A stretch of DNA of 64,000 nucleotides from contig LSNL01000005.1 in NCBI GenBank assembly GCA_003056145.1, positions 20,240 to 84,239 of the forward strand. Direction: 5' to 3'. Every line of letters begins with the position of its first letter. Position 1 is the first letter of the stretch. Position numbers and translations under genes: made by a program. This document shows, one piece after another, positions 39,747 through 49,123 of this stretch. The DNA comes from Parcubacteria group bacterium M10-OD1-1. GTDB taxonomy: Bacteria > Patescibacteriota > Minisyncoccia > Moranbacterales > UBA2206. Below the pieces are notes generated by a model. That model worked only from the letters and a program-made list of their open reading frames with translations. It did not search any database and had not been told where the DNA came from.

Positions 39747-39809
39747 ATTGTATCAGCCAAAAGATTTTAAAGCAAAAAATTTGATTTCTACTGAAAAATA
39801 AAGTATCAT
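39747..39809. promoter_or_regulatory. Divergent promoters giving leaderless priA and thpR mRNAs
   Basis: Minus TTGCTT-17-TACAAT-6-ATG (priA); plus TTGATT-17-TATCAT-6-ATG (39816). Confidence 0.7.
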
Positions 39810-39815
39810 TTGGCT

Positions 39816-40364
39816 ATGACTAACAAAATATTCATCAATATCAATCTGTCTACCAAAAATAAAAAAAGGATTATTCAAGCTACTCAAAAATGGCAAAATT
39901 TACCGATTAAATGGACTAAAGAGAAAAATCTACACATAACTTTGAAATTTCTAGGCTTTGTTAGGACAGAAGTTATTCCTGAAATATGTCGGCAAGTTTC
40001 TTTAGCTACTAAAAATTTTGAGATATTTGATTTAGAATTTGATAAAATTGAGCTTTTTCCTAATTCAATTACCCCAAAATCAATTACTATGTTAGGGAAA
40101 GACAGCGATGAACTAAAAAAATTAGTTAATAAAATTGAAAAAAATCTAGGCACAATTCAAGCAGAAAAACTTTCTTTCCGTCCGCAAATAATTATTGGAA
40201 AAATTAGAAAACAAAAATGGCTAGAATTAAAAAAAGAAGCTAAGCCTGAAATTGCTGAAAAATTTTCAATGTTAATAGCCGTGGAAAACATTGATATTGT
40301 AGCAAGTAACTTTGAAAATTCTGAAAGTGAATTTTCTATAGTAGAATCTTGTCATTTGCAATAA
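39816..40364 (+). CDS. thpR: 2H phosphoesterase (ThpR/LigT-like), second HxT motif degenerate
   Basis: NLHITLKFLG first motif; FRPQIIIG in place of FxPHIT. Confidence 0.8.
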   Translation: MTNKIFININLSTKNKKRIIQATQKWQNLPIKWTKEKNLHITLKFLGFVRTEVIPEICRQVSLATKNFEIFDLEFDKIELFPNSITPKSITMLGKDSDELKKLVNKIEKNLGTIQAEKLSFRPQIIIGKIRKQKWLELKKEAKPEIAEKFSMLIAVENIDIVASNFENSESEFSIVESCHLQ

Positions 40365-40400
40365 TAGTTAATAAAAACATCTTAAAAAAAATAATCTTTT

Positions 40401-41123
40401 ATGCAAAGCCTTAAGATATTAAATGTCCGGGTAGATAATCTGAGCCAAAAAAATATTTTCAAACTAATTGATACTTTTTTAGATCAACCATCTTTTCATC
40501 AAATCGCTACTATTAATCCAGAATTTATTTTAACTGCTCAAAAAAATCCAGTTTTTCAAAAAATTATCAATAACTGCAATTTGAATATAGCTGATGGTTT
40601 TGGAGTAACTCTAGCTTATTTTCGTTTCAAAAAAATTTTAAAAGCTAGAATTGCAGGAGCAGATTTAATATTAAACATTCTAAAAAAAGCTAATCAGCGA
40701 AAAATGAAAATTTTTCTTGCCATTAAAAAAGAAGGTCTTTCTAATTATCAAGAGATTTATCTAATTTTGAAAAAAAAATATCCCAACTTAATAATAAATG
40801 GGGCAGATATTGATACTCAAAATAATAAGTATCTTAATTATCAATTACCTAAACAAAGTTATCAATTATTATTTTGTAATTTCGGAGCGCCTGAACAAGA
40901 ATACTTTATTAATAATATAAAAAATGATAAAATAAACTTAGCTATAGGAGTAGGAGGTAGTTTTGATTTTTTAACAGGTAAAATTAAACGAGCTCCTTTT
41001 TTTATGCGTAAAATTGGGTTAGAATGGCTTTGGAGATTACTTCAACAGCCTAAAAGGTCAAAACGCATTTGGCAAGCAGTAATAGTTTTTTTAATAGCAA
41101 TACTCCTATGGAAAGAAAAATAA
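40401..41123 (+). CDS. WecB/TagA/CpsF glycosyltransferase
   Basis: TINPE, IADGFG, GAPEQE, GVGGSFD, GLEWLWRL. Confidence 0.93.
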   Translation: MQSLKILNVRVDNLSQKNIFKLIDTFLDQPSFHQIATINPEFILTAQKNPVFQKIINNCNLNIADGFGVTLAYFRFKKILKARIAGADLILNILKKANQRKMKIFLAIKKEGLSNYQEIYLILKKKYPNLIINGADIDTQNNKYLNYQLPKQSYQLLFCNFGAPEQEYFINNIKNDKINLAIGVGGSFDFLTGKIKRAPFFMRKIGLEWLWRLLQQPKRSKRIWQAVIVFLIAILLWKEK

Positions 41124-41139
41124 TTTATAGCTAAATTTT

Positions 41140-42678
41140 ATGCTTATCAATAAAAATCAATTTAGAGTTCGTTTTGCTCCATCGCCAACTGGTTATTTAC
41201 ATATTGGCGGATTTAGAACAGCTCTTTATAATTATCTTTTGGCTAAAAAAAATAAGGGCCAATTTATCTTGAGAATTGAAGATACTGATCAGAATCGGTT
41301 CGTTGAAGGTGCAGTAGAAAGGTTAATTCAATCACTTAATTCTTTTGCTATTAAAATAGATGAAGGAGTTTTTCTAAAAAACTCCTGCTCTTCGAAAAGT
41401 AGCCCATCTAAAAATTATCCTTTAGTCTTAGAAGCTGGAGAGTCTGGTCCCTATATTCAATCTGAACGATTAGAAATTTATAAAAAATACGCTGAAGAAT
41501 TAGTGACTAAAGGACAGGCTTATTATTGTTTTTGTAGCTCAGAAAGACTAAAAGAAATTCGTGAAAAACAAATAACTCAAAAAAAGCCTGCTCGTTATGA
41601 TAGATATTGTTTAGAAAATATTTCTCCTGAAGAAGCTCAGAAGAAGATTGAAAATAAAATTCCTTATGTCATTCGGTTAAAGGTTCCTCGGGGAGAAATT
41701 ATTGAATTTGAGGACTTAGTAAGAGGAAAAGTAATTTTTCAAACTGACTTAATTGATGATCAAATTCTCTTAAAATCAGACGGCTATCCAACTTATCATT
41801 TGGCTAATGTGATAGATGATCATGAAATGAAAATAACCCAGATTATCAGAGGTGAGGAATGGCTTTCTAGTACTCCAAAACATATTTTATTGTATAAATT
41901 TTTTAACTGGAAAGAACCTAAATTTGCTCATCTTCCACTTCTTTTAAATCCTGACAAATCAAAGTTATCTAAACGACAAGGGGATGTAGCCATCGAAGAT
42001 TATTTAAAAAAGGGCTATCTAAAAGAAGCTCTGATTAACTTTGTAGCTTTATTAGGATGGAATCCAGGAAAAGGGGAGACTCAAGAAATTTTTACTCTCG
42101 CCGAGCTAATTGAAAAATTTAGTTTAAATCATGTTCATAAAGGTGGTGCTGTTTTTGATACTAAAAAGTTAGATTGGTTAAATGCCCAATGGATAAAACA
42201 AATATCTCTTGATGATTTATATAAACGCTCTTTAAAATTTTGGGAGCAAAAAGATTTTTATCAGTCAGCCAAAGAAGATAATAAAACTGAAAAATATATC
42301 AAAAAAGTTTTAATTATTGAGAAAGAGCGTTTGCAAAAATTAAGCGACGTTGGGGAGGAAAATCAATTTTTTTTCACAGATAGAATAGCTACTTCTTTAG
42401 ATGCTATTCGTTGGAAAAATTCAACTAGTTCAGAAACGAAAACATATTTAAAAAAATCCTTAAACACTTTAGAAAATATCAAAGAAAATGATTGGAATTT
42501 AAAGAATATTGAAAAACATCTTTTAGCTAAAGCAGGAGAAAAACGAGGTGATTTATTATTTCCTCTCCGAGCTGTTTTAACTGGACAAAAAAAATCACCT
42601 TCGCCTTTTGAAGTGGCCTGGGTATTAGGAAAAAAAGAAAGTCTAGAAAGAATTGAAAAAGTTTTAGATACAATATAG
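41140..42678 (+). CDS. gltX: Glutamate--tRNA ligase
   Basis: RFAPSPTGYLHIGG, LRIEDTD, RGEEW, KLSKR. Confidence 0.98.
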   Translation: MLINKNQFRVRFAPSPTGYLHIGGFRTALYNYLLAKKNKGQFILRIEDTDQNRFVEGAVERLIQSLNSFAIKIDEGVFLKNSCSSKSSPSKNYPLVLEAGESGPYIQSERLEIYKKYAEELVTKGQAYYCFCSSERLKEIREKQITQKKPARYDRYCLENISPEEAQKKIENKIPYVIRLKVPRGEIIEFEDLVRGKVIFQTDLIDDQILLKSDGYPTYHLANVIDDHEMKITQIIRGEEWLSSTPKHILLYKFFNWKEPKFAHLPLLLNPDKSKLSKRQGDVAIEDYLKKGYLKEALINFVALLGWNPGKGETQEIFTLAELIEKFSLNHVHKGGAVFDTKKLDWLNAQWIKQISLDDLYKRSLKFWEQKDFYQSAKEDNKTEKYIKKVLIIEKERLQKLSDVGEENQFFFTDRIATSLDAIRWKNSTSSETKTYLKKSLNTLENIKENDWNLKNIEKHLLAKAGEKRGDLLFPLRAVLTGQKKSPSPFEVAWVLGKKESLERIEKVLDTI

Positions 42679-42744
42679 AACATAAAAACTCTAATTTATG
42701 TGTTAGGGATTTTAAATTCAATATTTCAATATAAAAAAATATTA

Positions 42745-44028
42745 ATGTTAAAAAAAATATTAAAACTAACTCTAATTTCCATAGGAATTATTTTTCTTCT
42801 AAGTTTTAGTTGGCTAGAAACTCAAGCCACAGATTGCTCTAGTTTAGATGGCAATGCTAAAGATTTATATAAAAAATTAGAAAAACAAGGTAAAAAATAT
42901 TCTAGTTTAATTAATTTCAATAAAAAAACTCAGAGCTTAATCAATCTTAAAATAGGAGCAATTAATCAACGGCAAAATAATAACAAACAAAATCTTAATG
43001 AGATTGAAAAGAATTTAAAAAATTTAACCCTAAAAATCAAACAGTTGAAAGATACCATTTCCAAAAAAGAAAAAAGTATCGCTAATCAAAAAAAGATTCT
43101 AGCTGGATTTATGCAATCTTATTATGACTATGATCAAGAAGGACTTTTAAAAATTATTCTACTTAATAAAACTTTTTCTGAATCATTAAGTCAGACAGAC
43201 TATTTAGAACAATCAGGAGTGAGAGTTAGTAATATCTTGCAAAATTTAAAAACAATGCAAATACAATTATTAATTAATCAAAAAGAATTAGAAGCAAGCT
43301 ATAATAAAAATCAAAAATTAAAAAATAAATTAACTGATGAAAAACAGGAATTACAAAATAGTAAAAATCAGAAACAATGGTTACTAGCTAAAACACAAAG
43401 TGAGGAACAAGGATATAGAAGAATGTTAGCTACTATTGAAAAACAAAAAGAAGAATTATTTGATTTTAGTTCTGCTAGTAATATTTCTGATGTTTGGGCA
43501 AGTCTCAGTAAATATGATAAACCTAGTAAAAAATATAGAGCTTCTACTGATTGGTATTTCTCTCAGAGAGATTCTCGTTGGGCTAATCAAAAAATCGGTA
43601 GTTCTCGTTCTACAATGAAAGATTATGGTTGTGCAGTAACAGCTATTGCTATGGTTTTTAGAAAACATGGATCTTCAACAAATCCTCAAAAAATGGCTCG
43701 AGCTAAAATCTTTTCTGGTAACCTGATTAATTGGCCAGTTAGTGCTAGCCCAGGTATTCAAAGAATTTCTTCTGTTTCTCATGGAAATGTTGATTGGTCA
43801 ACTATTAACTCAGCCCTTGCTAATCATAATCCGGTCATCGTCCATATTCAAAAAATTAATAGTAGGGGAGGACATTATGTAGTTATCACTGGTAAAAATA
43901 GAAAAGGTTACATTGTTCACGATCCTTATTTTGGACCCAATCTATATCTTAGTACTTCTATGGATTTAATTGGTAAGTTAGGAACTAATAGCAAAACTAA
44001 AATTGACCAAATGATTATTTATAAATAA
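42745..44028 (+). CDS. Secreted coiled-coil (PcsB/CwlO-like) protein with C-terminal C39-like cysteine peptidase
   Basis: Signal peptide, long heptad region, then YFSQRD...GCAVTAIAM...GHYVVITG...VHDP. Confidence 0.8.
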   Translation: MLKKILKLTLISIGIIFLLSFSWLETQATDCSSLDGNAKDLYKKLEKQGKKYSSLINFNKKTQSLINLKIGAINQRQNNNKQNLNEIEKNLKNLTLKIKQLKDTISKKEKSIANQKKILAGFMQSYYDYDQEGLLKIILLNKTFSESLSQTDYLEQSGVRVSNILQNLKTMQIQLLINQKELEASYNKNQKLKNKLTDEKQELQNSKNQKQWLLAKTQSEEQGYRRMLATIEKQKEELFDFSSASNISDVWASLSKYDKPSKKYRASTDWYFSQRDSRWANQKIGSSRSTMKDYGCAVTAIAMVFRKHGSSTNPQKMARAKIFSGNLINWPVSASPGIQRISSVSHGNVDWSTINSALANHNPVIVHIQKINSRGGHYVVITGKNRKGYIVHDPYFGPNLYLSTSMDLIGKLGTNSKTKIDQMIIYK

Positions 44029-44327
44029 AAAATAAATTTAATCAAATTTAGACTAAAATATTTTTAAACTTTAAAAATTAACGATTTGTTGGATTTTCTA
44101 AAAAATAAAAGTTTTTTATTTAAAATTAGTAACTCTGGAATAAATTCAAAATAAGCCCTAATCTAATGGATACGTTTAACTGTTGAGCTCTAAAATTGAG
44201 TTCTAAGCTAATCAGATACATTTAAGTGTATGTTTACACCTAATAAAAATAAACAATTCTTCAACCTTAGCTAAAATACTTAAAAACAAGCTCCAAATTA
44301 GAAAAAACTTTGAGATAAAGACTCACA

Positions 44328-44355
44328 ATGTCGCAAAAGATACATTTTGCGACGC
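44328..44355. other. dif-like chromosome dimer resolution site
   Basis: ATGTCGCAAAA-GATACA-TTTTGCGACGC, 11-6-11 layout; reverse complement resembles E. coli dif; in a gene-free interval between convergent genes. Confidence 0.75.
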
Positions 44356-44520
44356 TTGATATATGAATTGCTCTCACTAATTTTTCTGCTGTTTTTTCTG
44401 CTGTTTATTCTTACTAACTTGTTTCATTGCGCCTAGATAAACTGTCTTAGAATAAATAAATATTTTATTGCTCTATTTCTTTAATCTCTTTGGTCCTTAT
44501 GTATAAATTTTTTAATACAA

Positions 44521-44552
44521 AAAATACAAAACTTTAAAAAGTTTTGTATTTT
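44521..44552 (-). terminator. Probable terminator of the isc operon
   Basis: 15-bp inverted repeat AAAATACAAAACTTT / AAAGTTTTGTATTTT. Confidence 0.6.
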
Positions 44553-44604
44553 AAAATCATTCAAGTAAATTGCCATTATTAACTTTAGATTACTAATTTA
44601 AAGT

Positions 44605-44985
44605 TTAATTAGTTTTTTTTCGATAATTTTTTATTGCTTTTTTTAAAGCATCACTAGCCAAATTAGAACAATGCATTTTAGCTGGCGGTAAGCCCTCTAA
44701 AGCCTCTGCTACATCATCTCTAGTGATTTTTTCCGCTTCTTTGATAGTTTTACCTTTAGTTAAATCAGTAATCATTGATGAAGTAGCTATAGCACTGGCA
44801 CAACCCAGTGTTTCAAATTTTATATCTTCAATAATCTCTTCTTTTTTATTTTTTTTAATTTTGATGTAAATTTTCATTAAATCTCCACAAACAGGGTTTC
44901 CTTCAATACCAACTCCAGAAGGATTTTTAATAACTCCTTGATTGTGTGGACGCATAAAATGAGCTAAAACTTTTTTACTATACAT
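44605..44985 (-). CDS. iscU: Fe-S cluster scaffold IscU/NifU-N
   Basis: GNPVCGDLM, FETLGCASAIA, LPPAKMHCS. Confidence 0.95.
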   Translation of the reverse strand: MYSKKVLAHFMRPHNQGVIKNPSGVGIEGNPVCGDLMKIYIKIKKNKKEEIIEDIKFETLGCASAIATSSMITDLTKGKTIKEAEKITRDDVAEALEGLPPAKMHCSNLASDALKKAIKNYRKKTN

Positions 44986-44994
44986 AGGAATAAT

Positions 44995-46209
44995 TTATTT
45001 TTTATTAATTTTATAATATTCTTCTAAAACTAATCCAGCGACTTCTCTTAGTTTTTGAATTATTTTTTTTAATTTTTTAACAGTGATATCAATTTCTTTT
45101 TTTGTCGTCTGTTTACCTAAAGTAATTCTTAATGAGCCATGAGCCTGCTCTGGTTTTAATCCAATTGATAATAATACATGAGATGGTTGCAGAGAGCCTG
45201 AAGAGCAAGCTGAGCCGGTTGAGGTAGCAATTCCTTCAGCGTCCAACATCATTATTAAGCTTTCCCCTTCTACGCTCTCAAAAGAAAAATTGATGTTATT
45301 AGGAGATCTTTTTATTTTAGAGCCATTAAGTTTAGTTTTTGGAATTTCTTTTAAAACCCTTTGAATAAAATAATTTCTTAATTCTTTAATTTTTTGATTG
45401 TCTTTAACTGTATCTTTATTCTTAAGCATTGAAATGGCTTTTCCTAAACCAACAATACCAGTTGAATTAATTGTGCCTGATCGTAAACCATTTTCTTGTT
45501 TCCCACCATCCTGTATTTTTTTAATAGGAGTTCCCTTTTTAACATATAAAACCCCTACTCCTTTAGGTCCATAAATTTTATGAGCTGACATAGAAAGTAA
45601 ATCCACGCCTAATTTTTTAACATTACAATTGAAATAACTCAACGCTTGAGTTGCATCGGTATGAAAGAGAGGATAATTTTCTTTTTTAATCTTCTTAATA
45701 AGTCTAGCAATTTTAGCAATTGGCTGAAGTGTTCCAATTTCATTATTTACATACATCACAGAAATTAAGATAGTATTTTTTTTAATAGCTTTCTCTATAT
45801 CTTCTACTTTAATAACTCCGTCTTTCTGAGGATTAATAAAAGTAGCTTCAATTAGACCATCTTTTTCTAAGCTTTTGACTGTATTTAAAACACAATGGTG
45901 TTCAAAAGAAGTAGTAATAATATGAGGTTTAAGATTATTTTTTTTATGATAAGACCGAACAACACCTTTGATAGCTAGATTATTAGCTTCAGTTGCTCCA
46001 CTAGTAAAAATAACTTCTTGATTATCAGCCTCAAAAAAATTAGCCGTTTCTTCTCTGGCTTTTTCTACAGCCACATGAGCGACTTCTCCAAAATTATGCA
46101 ATGAAGAAGCATTGCCAAAGTTATCACTAAAATAAGGTAACATTGTTTTCAAAACTTCTTTATCTACTGGTGTAGTAGCTGCATAGTCTAAATAAATATT
46201 TTTTTTCAT
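44995..46209 (-). CDS. iscS: Cysteine desulfurase
   Basis: YLDYAATTP, FTSGATEANN, SAHKIYGPKG, STGSACSS. Confidence 0.96.
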   Translation of the reverse strand: MKKNIYLDYAATTPVDKEVLKTMLPYFSDNFGNASSLHNFGEVAHVAVEKAREETANFFEADNQEVIFTSGATEANNLAIKGVVRSYHKKNNLKPHIITTSFEHHCVLNTVKSLEKDGLIEATFINPQKDGVIKVEDIEKAIKKNTILISVMYVNNEIGTLQPIAKIARLIKKIKKENYPLFHTDATQALSYFNCNVKKLGVDLLSMSAHKIYGPKGVGVLYVKKGTPIKKIQDGGKQENGLRSGTINSTGIVGLGKAISMLKNKDTVKDNQKIKELRNYFIQRVLKEIPKTKLNGSKIKRSPNNINFSFESVEGESLIMMLDAEGIATSTGSACSSGSLQPSHVLLSIGLKPEQAHGSLRITLGKQTTKKEIDITVKKLKKIIQKLREVAGLVLEEYYKINKK

Positions 46210-46215
46210 TGAATT

Positions 46216-46599
46216 TTATTTTATTAATTGACTTAATTTTATTCCATCTAAAGTTCTTTTAATTTGTACGCCTAGTTTTATCCAGACAAAGCTAGAAGAA
46301 CAATTTTTCTTTTTTTGACAATGAGAATCGTAACATTTTATCGCCAAACTCTCTAAAGTTTCAATTATTTCTCCAGCCGTAATATTTTTAGGATGATCTG
46401 ACAAAACATAACCTCCGTTTTTCCCTTGAGTGCTGATTACTAAATTTTTAGCTCTCAACTTACCCATAATTTTTTCTAAATATTTGGCAGAAATATTTTC
46501 TTCTTGAGAAATAGTTTGAATATTTTTTATGTCCGGATGAGACCGAGCTAAATTAACCATTGCTCGTAATCCATATTCAGCCTGAGTGGAAAATTTCAT
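46216..46599 (-). CDS. iscR: Rrf2 family regulator (IscR-like)
   Basis: MKFSTQAEYGLRAM, YLEKI, GKNGGY, three Cys; heads iscS-iscU. Confidence 0.85.
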   Translation of the reverse strand: MKFSTQAEYGLRAMVNLARSHPDIKNIQTISQEENISAKYLEKIMGKLRAKNLVISTQGKNGGYVLSDHPKNITAGEIIETLESLAIKCYDSHCQKKKNCSSSFVWIKLGVQIKRTLDGIKLSQLIK

Positions 46600-46608
46600 A
46601 ATTATATA

Positions 46609-46660
46609 TCCTACTAATTTAGTATGCTTTAATTATATCGCTTTTGAAATTAACTGTCAA
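46609..46660 (-). promoter_or_regulatory. Consensus promoter with downstream palindromic Rrf2-type operator
   Basis: TTGACA-17-TATAAT at 46660-46632; TACTA-AAT-TAGTA palindrome (46612-46624) between the promoter and the iscR start. Confidence 0.75.
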
Positions 46661-46710
46661 TAATGTTATACTGAGCATACTTTTAGTAATTAAATATAAA
46701 TTTTACTTTT

Positions 46711-47835
46711 ATGCGTATTTCTTATTCCGCCCTTAATACCTATCAAAGTTGTCCATTAAAATATAAATTCCAGTCAATTGATAGAATAAAAGCACCTAAA
46801 TCAAAAGAAGCAGTTTTTGGTTCGACTATTCACGAAACAATGAAATTTATTCATACTCCAGGAATATTATCCCCCACCCTAGATCAATCAATGGAGCACT
46901 TTGCTAACTCTTGGAACCCTGCTGTTTTTGATAATCCTGATGAAGAAAGAGCAGCTTTTTCTCAAGGTATCAAAATAATTCAAGACTATTACAAAAAAAA
47001 TAATCCAGAAAATTTTAACATCGTTAATTTAGAATCTCGTTTTGCCATTGAAATTGGAAGAAAAGATAATAAACATATTGTTTCTGGTATTATTGATAGA
47101 ATTGATAAAACTGAAGATGGTTTTGAAATTATTGATTACAAAACTACTAAAAAGATGCCTACCCAAGAAAGAGTAGACAATGATATTCAATTGTCAGTTT
47201 ACTTACAAGCTTTTTTATCTCAATATCCCGAAGAAATAAAAAGATTAGATAAAATTAAAGTAAGTTTATATTTTTTAAAACACGGAGTAAAACTCTCCGC
47301 TTTTAGAACCAAAGAGCAACTCCAGCAAAGCGAACAACTTTTTCTAGATATTATTAAACTTATTGAAAGTAAAGCTTTTGATCCTCAAGTCTCCCCTCTT
47401 TGTGACTGGTGTGGCTATCAGAAGATATGTCCAATGTGGAGACATAAATTTAGAGAAGAACGAAAAATTGATACCGAAGAAGTAAATGAAGCTATCCAAG
47501 AATATATAGATTTAAAATCAGCTATGACTGTTACTAAAACTCGTGTAGCTAAATTACAAGAAAAAATCTTACAATATATGAAGCAAGAAGGCGTTGAAAG
47601 AGTTTTTGCCAATCAAGGAATAATAGCTAAGACATTAAGAAAAACTTACAATTACGACGAAAAAAAATTAAAGGCGCTTTTAGAACCTTTAGATAAATGG
47701 GAATCCGTGCTAAAGGTTAACGGAGTAGCTTTAAGAAATATTTTAGCAGTTTTACCTACTCCAATTAAGAATGAAATAGAAAAAACTAAAGAAATCAATA
47801 AAGAAACCATTAGCTTGAGCGTAAAGAAAAAATAG
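46711..47835 (+). CDS. PD-(D/E)XK nuclease, RecB/AddB/Cas4-like, with Fe-S cysteines
   Basis: SYSALNTYQSCPLKY, GIIDRID, IIDYKT, QLSVY, CDWCGYQKIC. Confidence 0.9.
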   Translation: MRISYSALNTYQSCPLKYKFQSIDRIKAPKSKEAVFGSTIHETMKFIHTPGILSPTLDQSMEHFANSWNPAVFDNPDEERAAFSQGIKIIQDYYKKNNPENFNIVNLESRFAIEIGRKDNKHIVSGIIDRIDKTEDGFEIIDYKTTKKMPTQERVDNDIQLSVYLQAFLSQYPEEIKRLDKIKVSLYFLKHGVKLSAFRTKEQLQQSEQLFLDIIKLIESKAFDPQVSPLCDWCGYQKICPMWRHKFREERKIDTEEVNEAIQEYIDLKSAMTVTKTRVAKLQEKILQYMKQEGVERVFANQGIIAKTLRKTYNYDEKKLKALLEPLDKWESVLKVNGVALRNILAVLPTPIKNEIEKTKEINKETISLSVKKK

Positions 47836-47850
47836 CTTATATAATACACT

Positions 47851-48309
47851 ATGTATTTTTACCATAAATTTAAAAAATTTATAAAAAAATTTTTTCTTAT
47901 TGATGATACGCCATTTAAGGTTGCAGGAGGAGCTGCCTTGGGAGTATTTTTAGGAATAATTCCTGGCGAAGGAGTTATCTCTACTTTACTTTTTACGACC
48001 ATTTTTCGCTTTAATCGATTAGCTGCTATTTTGGGAGTATTAGCTACTAATATATGGACTACTATTTTAATGTTACCACTAGCAGCAGAAATTGGAGCTT
48101 TTTTATTTCATACTAATTCGCAACTCCTCATTAATGATTTTCATAATGCTTATCAATCTGGTTGGAAGTTTTTATTTGGCAAGGTATTCTTTTTTAATCT
48201 TCTTTTACCTCTTTTTTCTGGTTTTATTATTATTTCTGGAATTATTGCAATTTCCTTTTATTTCTTTCTTTACTTTTTATTAAAATATCGAAAAATTAAA
48301 TTTCGTTAA
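47851..48309 (+). CDS. DUF2062 membrane protein
   Basis: DTPFKVAGGAALGVFLGIIP, RFNRLAA, TNIWT. Confidence 0.85.
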   Translation: MYFYHKFKKFIKKFFLIDDTPFKVAGGAALGVFLGIIPGEGVISTLLFTTIFRFNRLAAILGVLATNIWTTILMLPLAAEIGAFLFHTNSQLLINDFHNAYQSGWKFLFGKVFFFNLLLPLFSGFIIISGIIAISFYFFLYFLLKYRKIKFR

Positions 48310-48351
48310 TTTCTAGTTTGATAATTTTAAACTATTCTTAATAAAAAAGGT

Positions 48352-49083
48352 TTAATCTTTTATTATAGTTCCTTGGAAGTTTTTATTAGAAAAAATATTT
48401 TTTAAATTTTTTAAATTTTTACCATTAGTGATTATTACTTCTAATTCATTTTTTTCTGCTAATTGAGAAGCAATAGGGTCAAAAGGAGCATTTAAGCCAG
48501 GACTCCATTTATTACCTACAATTTTACGGAAATTCTTCCAATCTATTTTTTTAATAATTTCAGCATCACTAAATTTCTTAGGATCTTTATTGTAAACGTA
48601 TTCAATATTAGAAAGATTGATTAATTTCTTAGCCTTTAAGCGTTCTGCAATAATAGTAGCAACTAAATCACTAGACCAACCAGGTCGCCAACCAGCTGCT
48701 ATCATAATCCCTTCTCCCCGAGCAAAATAATTATTAAGATCCTCTTTGACTCTTGGATTTTTATTAATCTTTGAGTGAGCATACTTTCTAAAAATAGTTT
48801 TAATAAGATGAGCATTTATTCTAGTAGCATGAATACCTATCCAATCTTGATCATCTAAAGTTACTTTCGTGATTTTTCTAGCTGCTTGGATATATTCCCT
48901 GGCTGTATATCCTCCACCAGTCACAATAGCAAATTGCTTCCCCTTTTTAATTTCCGAAATAATTATTTCTTTAAATTTTTTTAAAAATTGCCAATCAATT
49001 TGATTAGGTATAATTAACGAACCTCCTAGAGAAATAACTATTGTTTCTTTTGTTTCTTTTGTTTCTTTTGACTTTTTATTCAT
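48352..49083 (-). CDS. pyrH: UMP kinase, archaeal type
   Basis: VISLGGS, VTGGGYTAREY, DWIGIHATRINA, PGWSSD, VYNKDP, PFDPIA. Confidence 0.93.
   Translation of the reverse strand: MNKKSKETKETKETIVISLGGSLIIPNQIDWQFLKKFKEIIISEIKKGKQFAIVTGGGYTAREYIQAARKITKVTLDDQDWIGIHATRINAHLIKTIFRKYAHSKINKNPRVKEDLNNYFARGEGIMIAAGWRPGWSSDLVATIIAERLKAKKLINLSNIEYVYNKDPKKFSDAEIIKKIDWKNFRKIVGNKWSPGLNAPFDPIASQLAEKNELEVIITNGKNLKNLKNIFSNKNFQGTIIKD
49041..49067. repeat. In-frame 9-bp tandem repeat, 3 copies
   Basis: (TTGTTTCTT)x3 encoding KETKETKET at the pyrH N-terminus. Confidence 0.9.
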
Positions 49084-49123
49084 TATTAAGTAATCCATTT
49101 AAAAAAATTAAACTAGCCTATTT

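Noticed and set aside
44381-44406. Short tandem repeat TTTTCTGCTGTT x2 near dif
   Set aside because: Only two low-complexity copies; no function supportable
46711-47835. Cas4-like nuclease as a sign of a CRISPR locus
   Set aside because: No repeat-spacer array or other cas genes seen in the window
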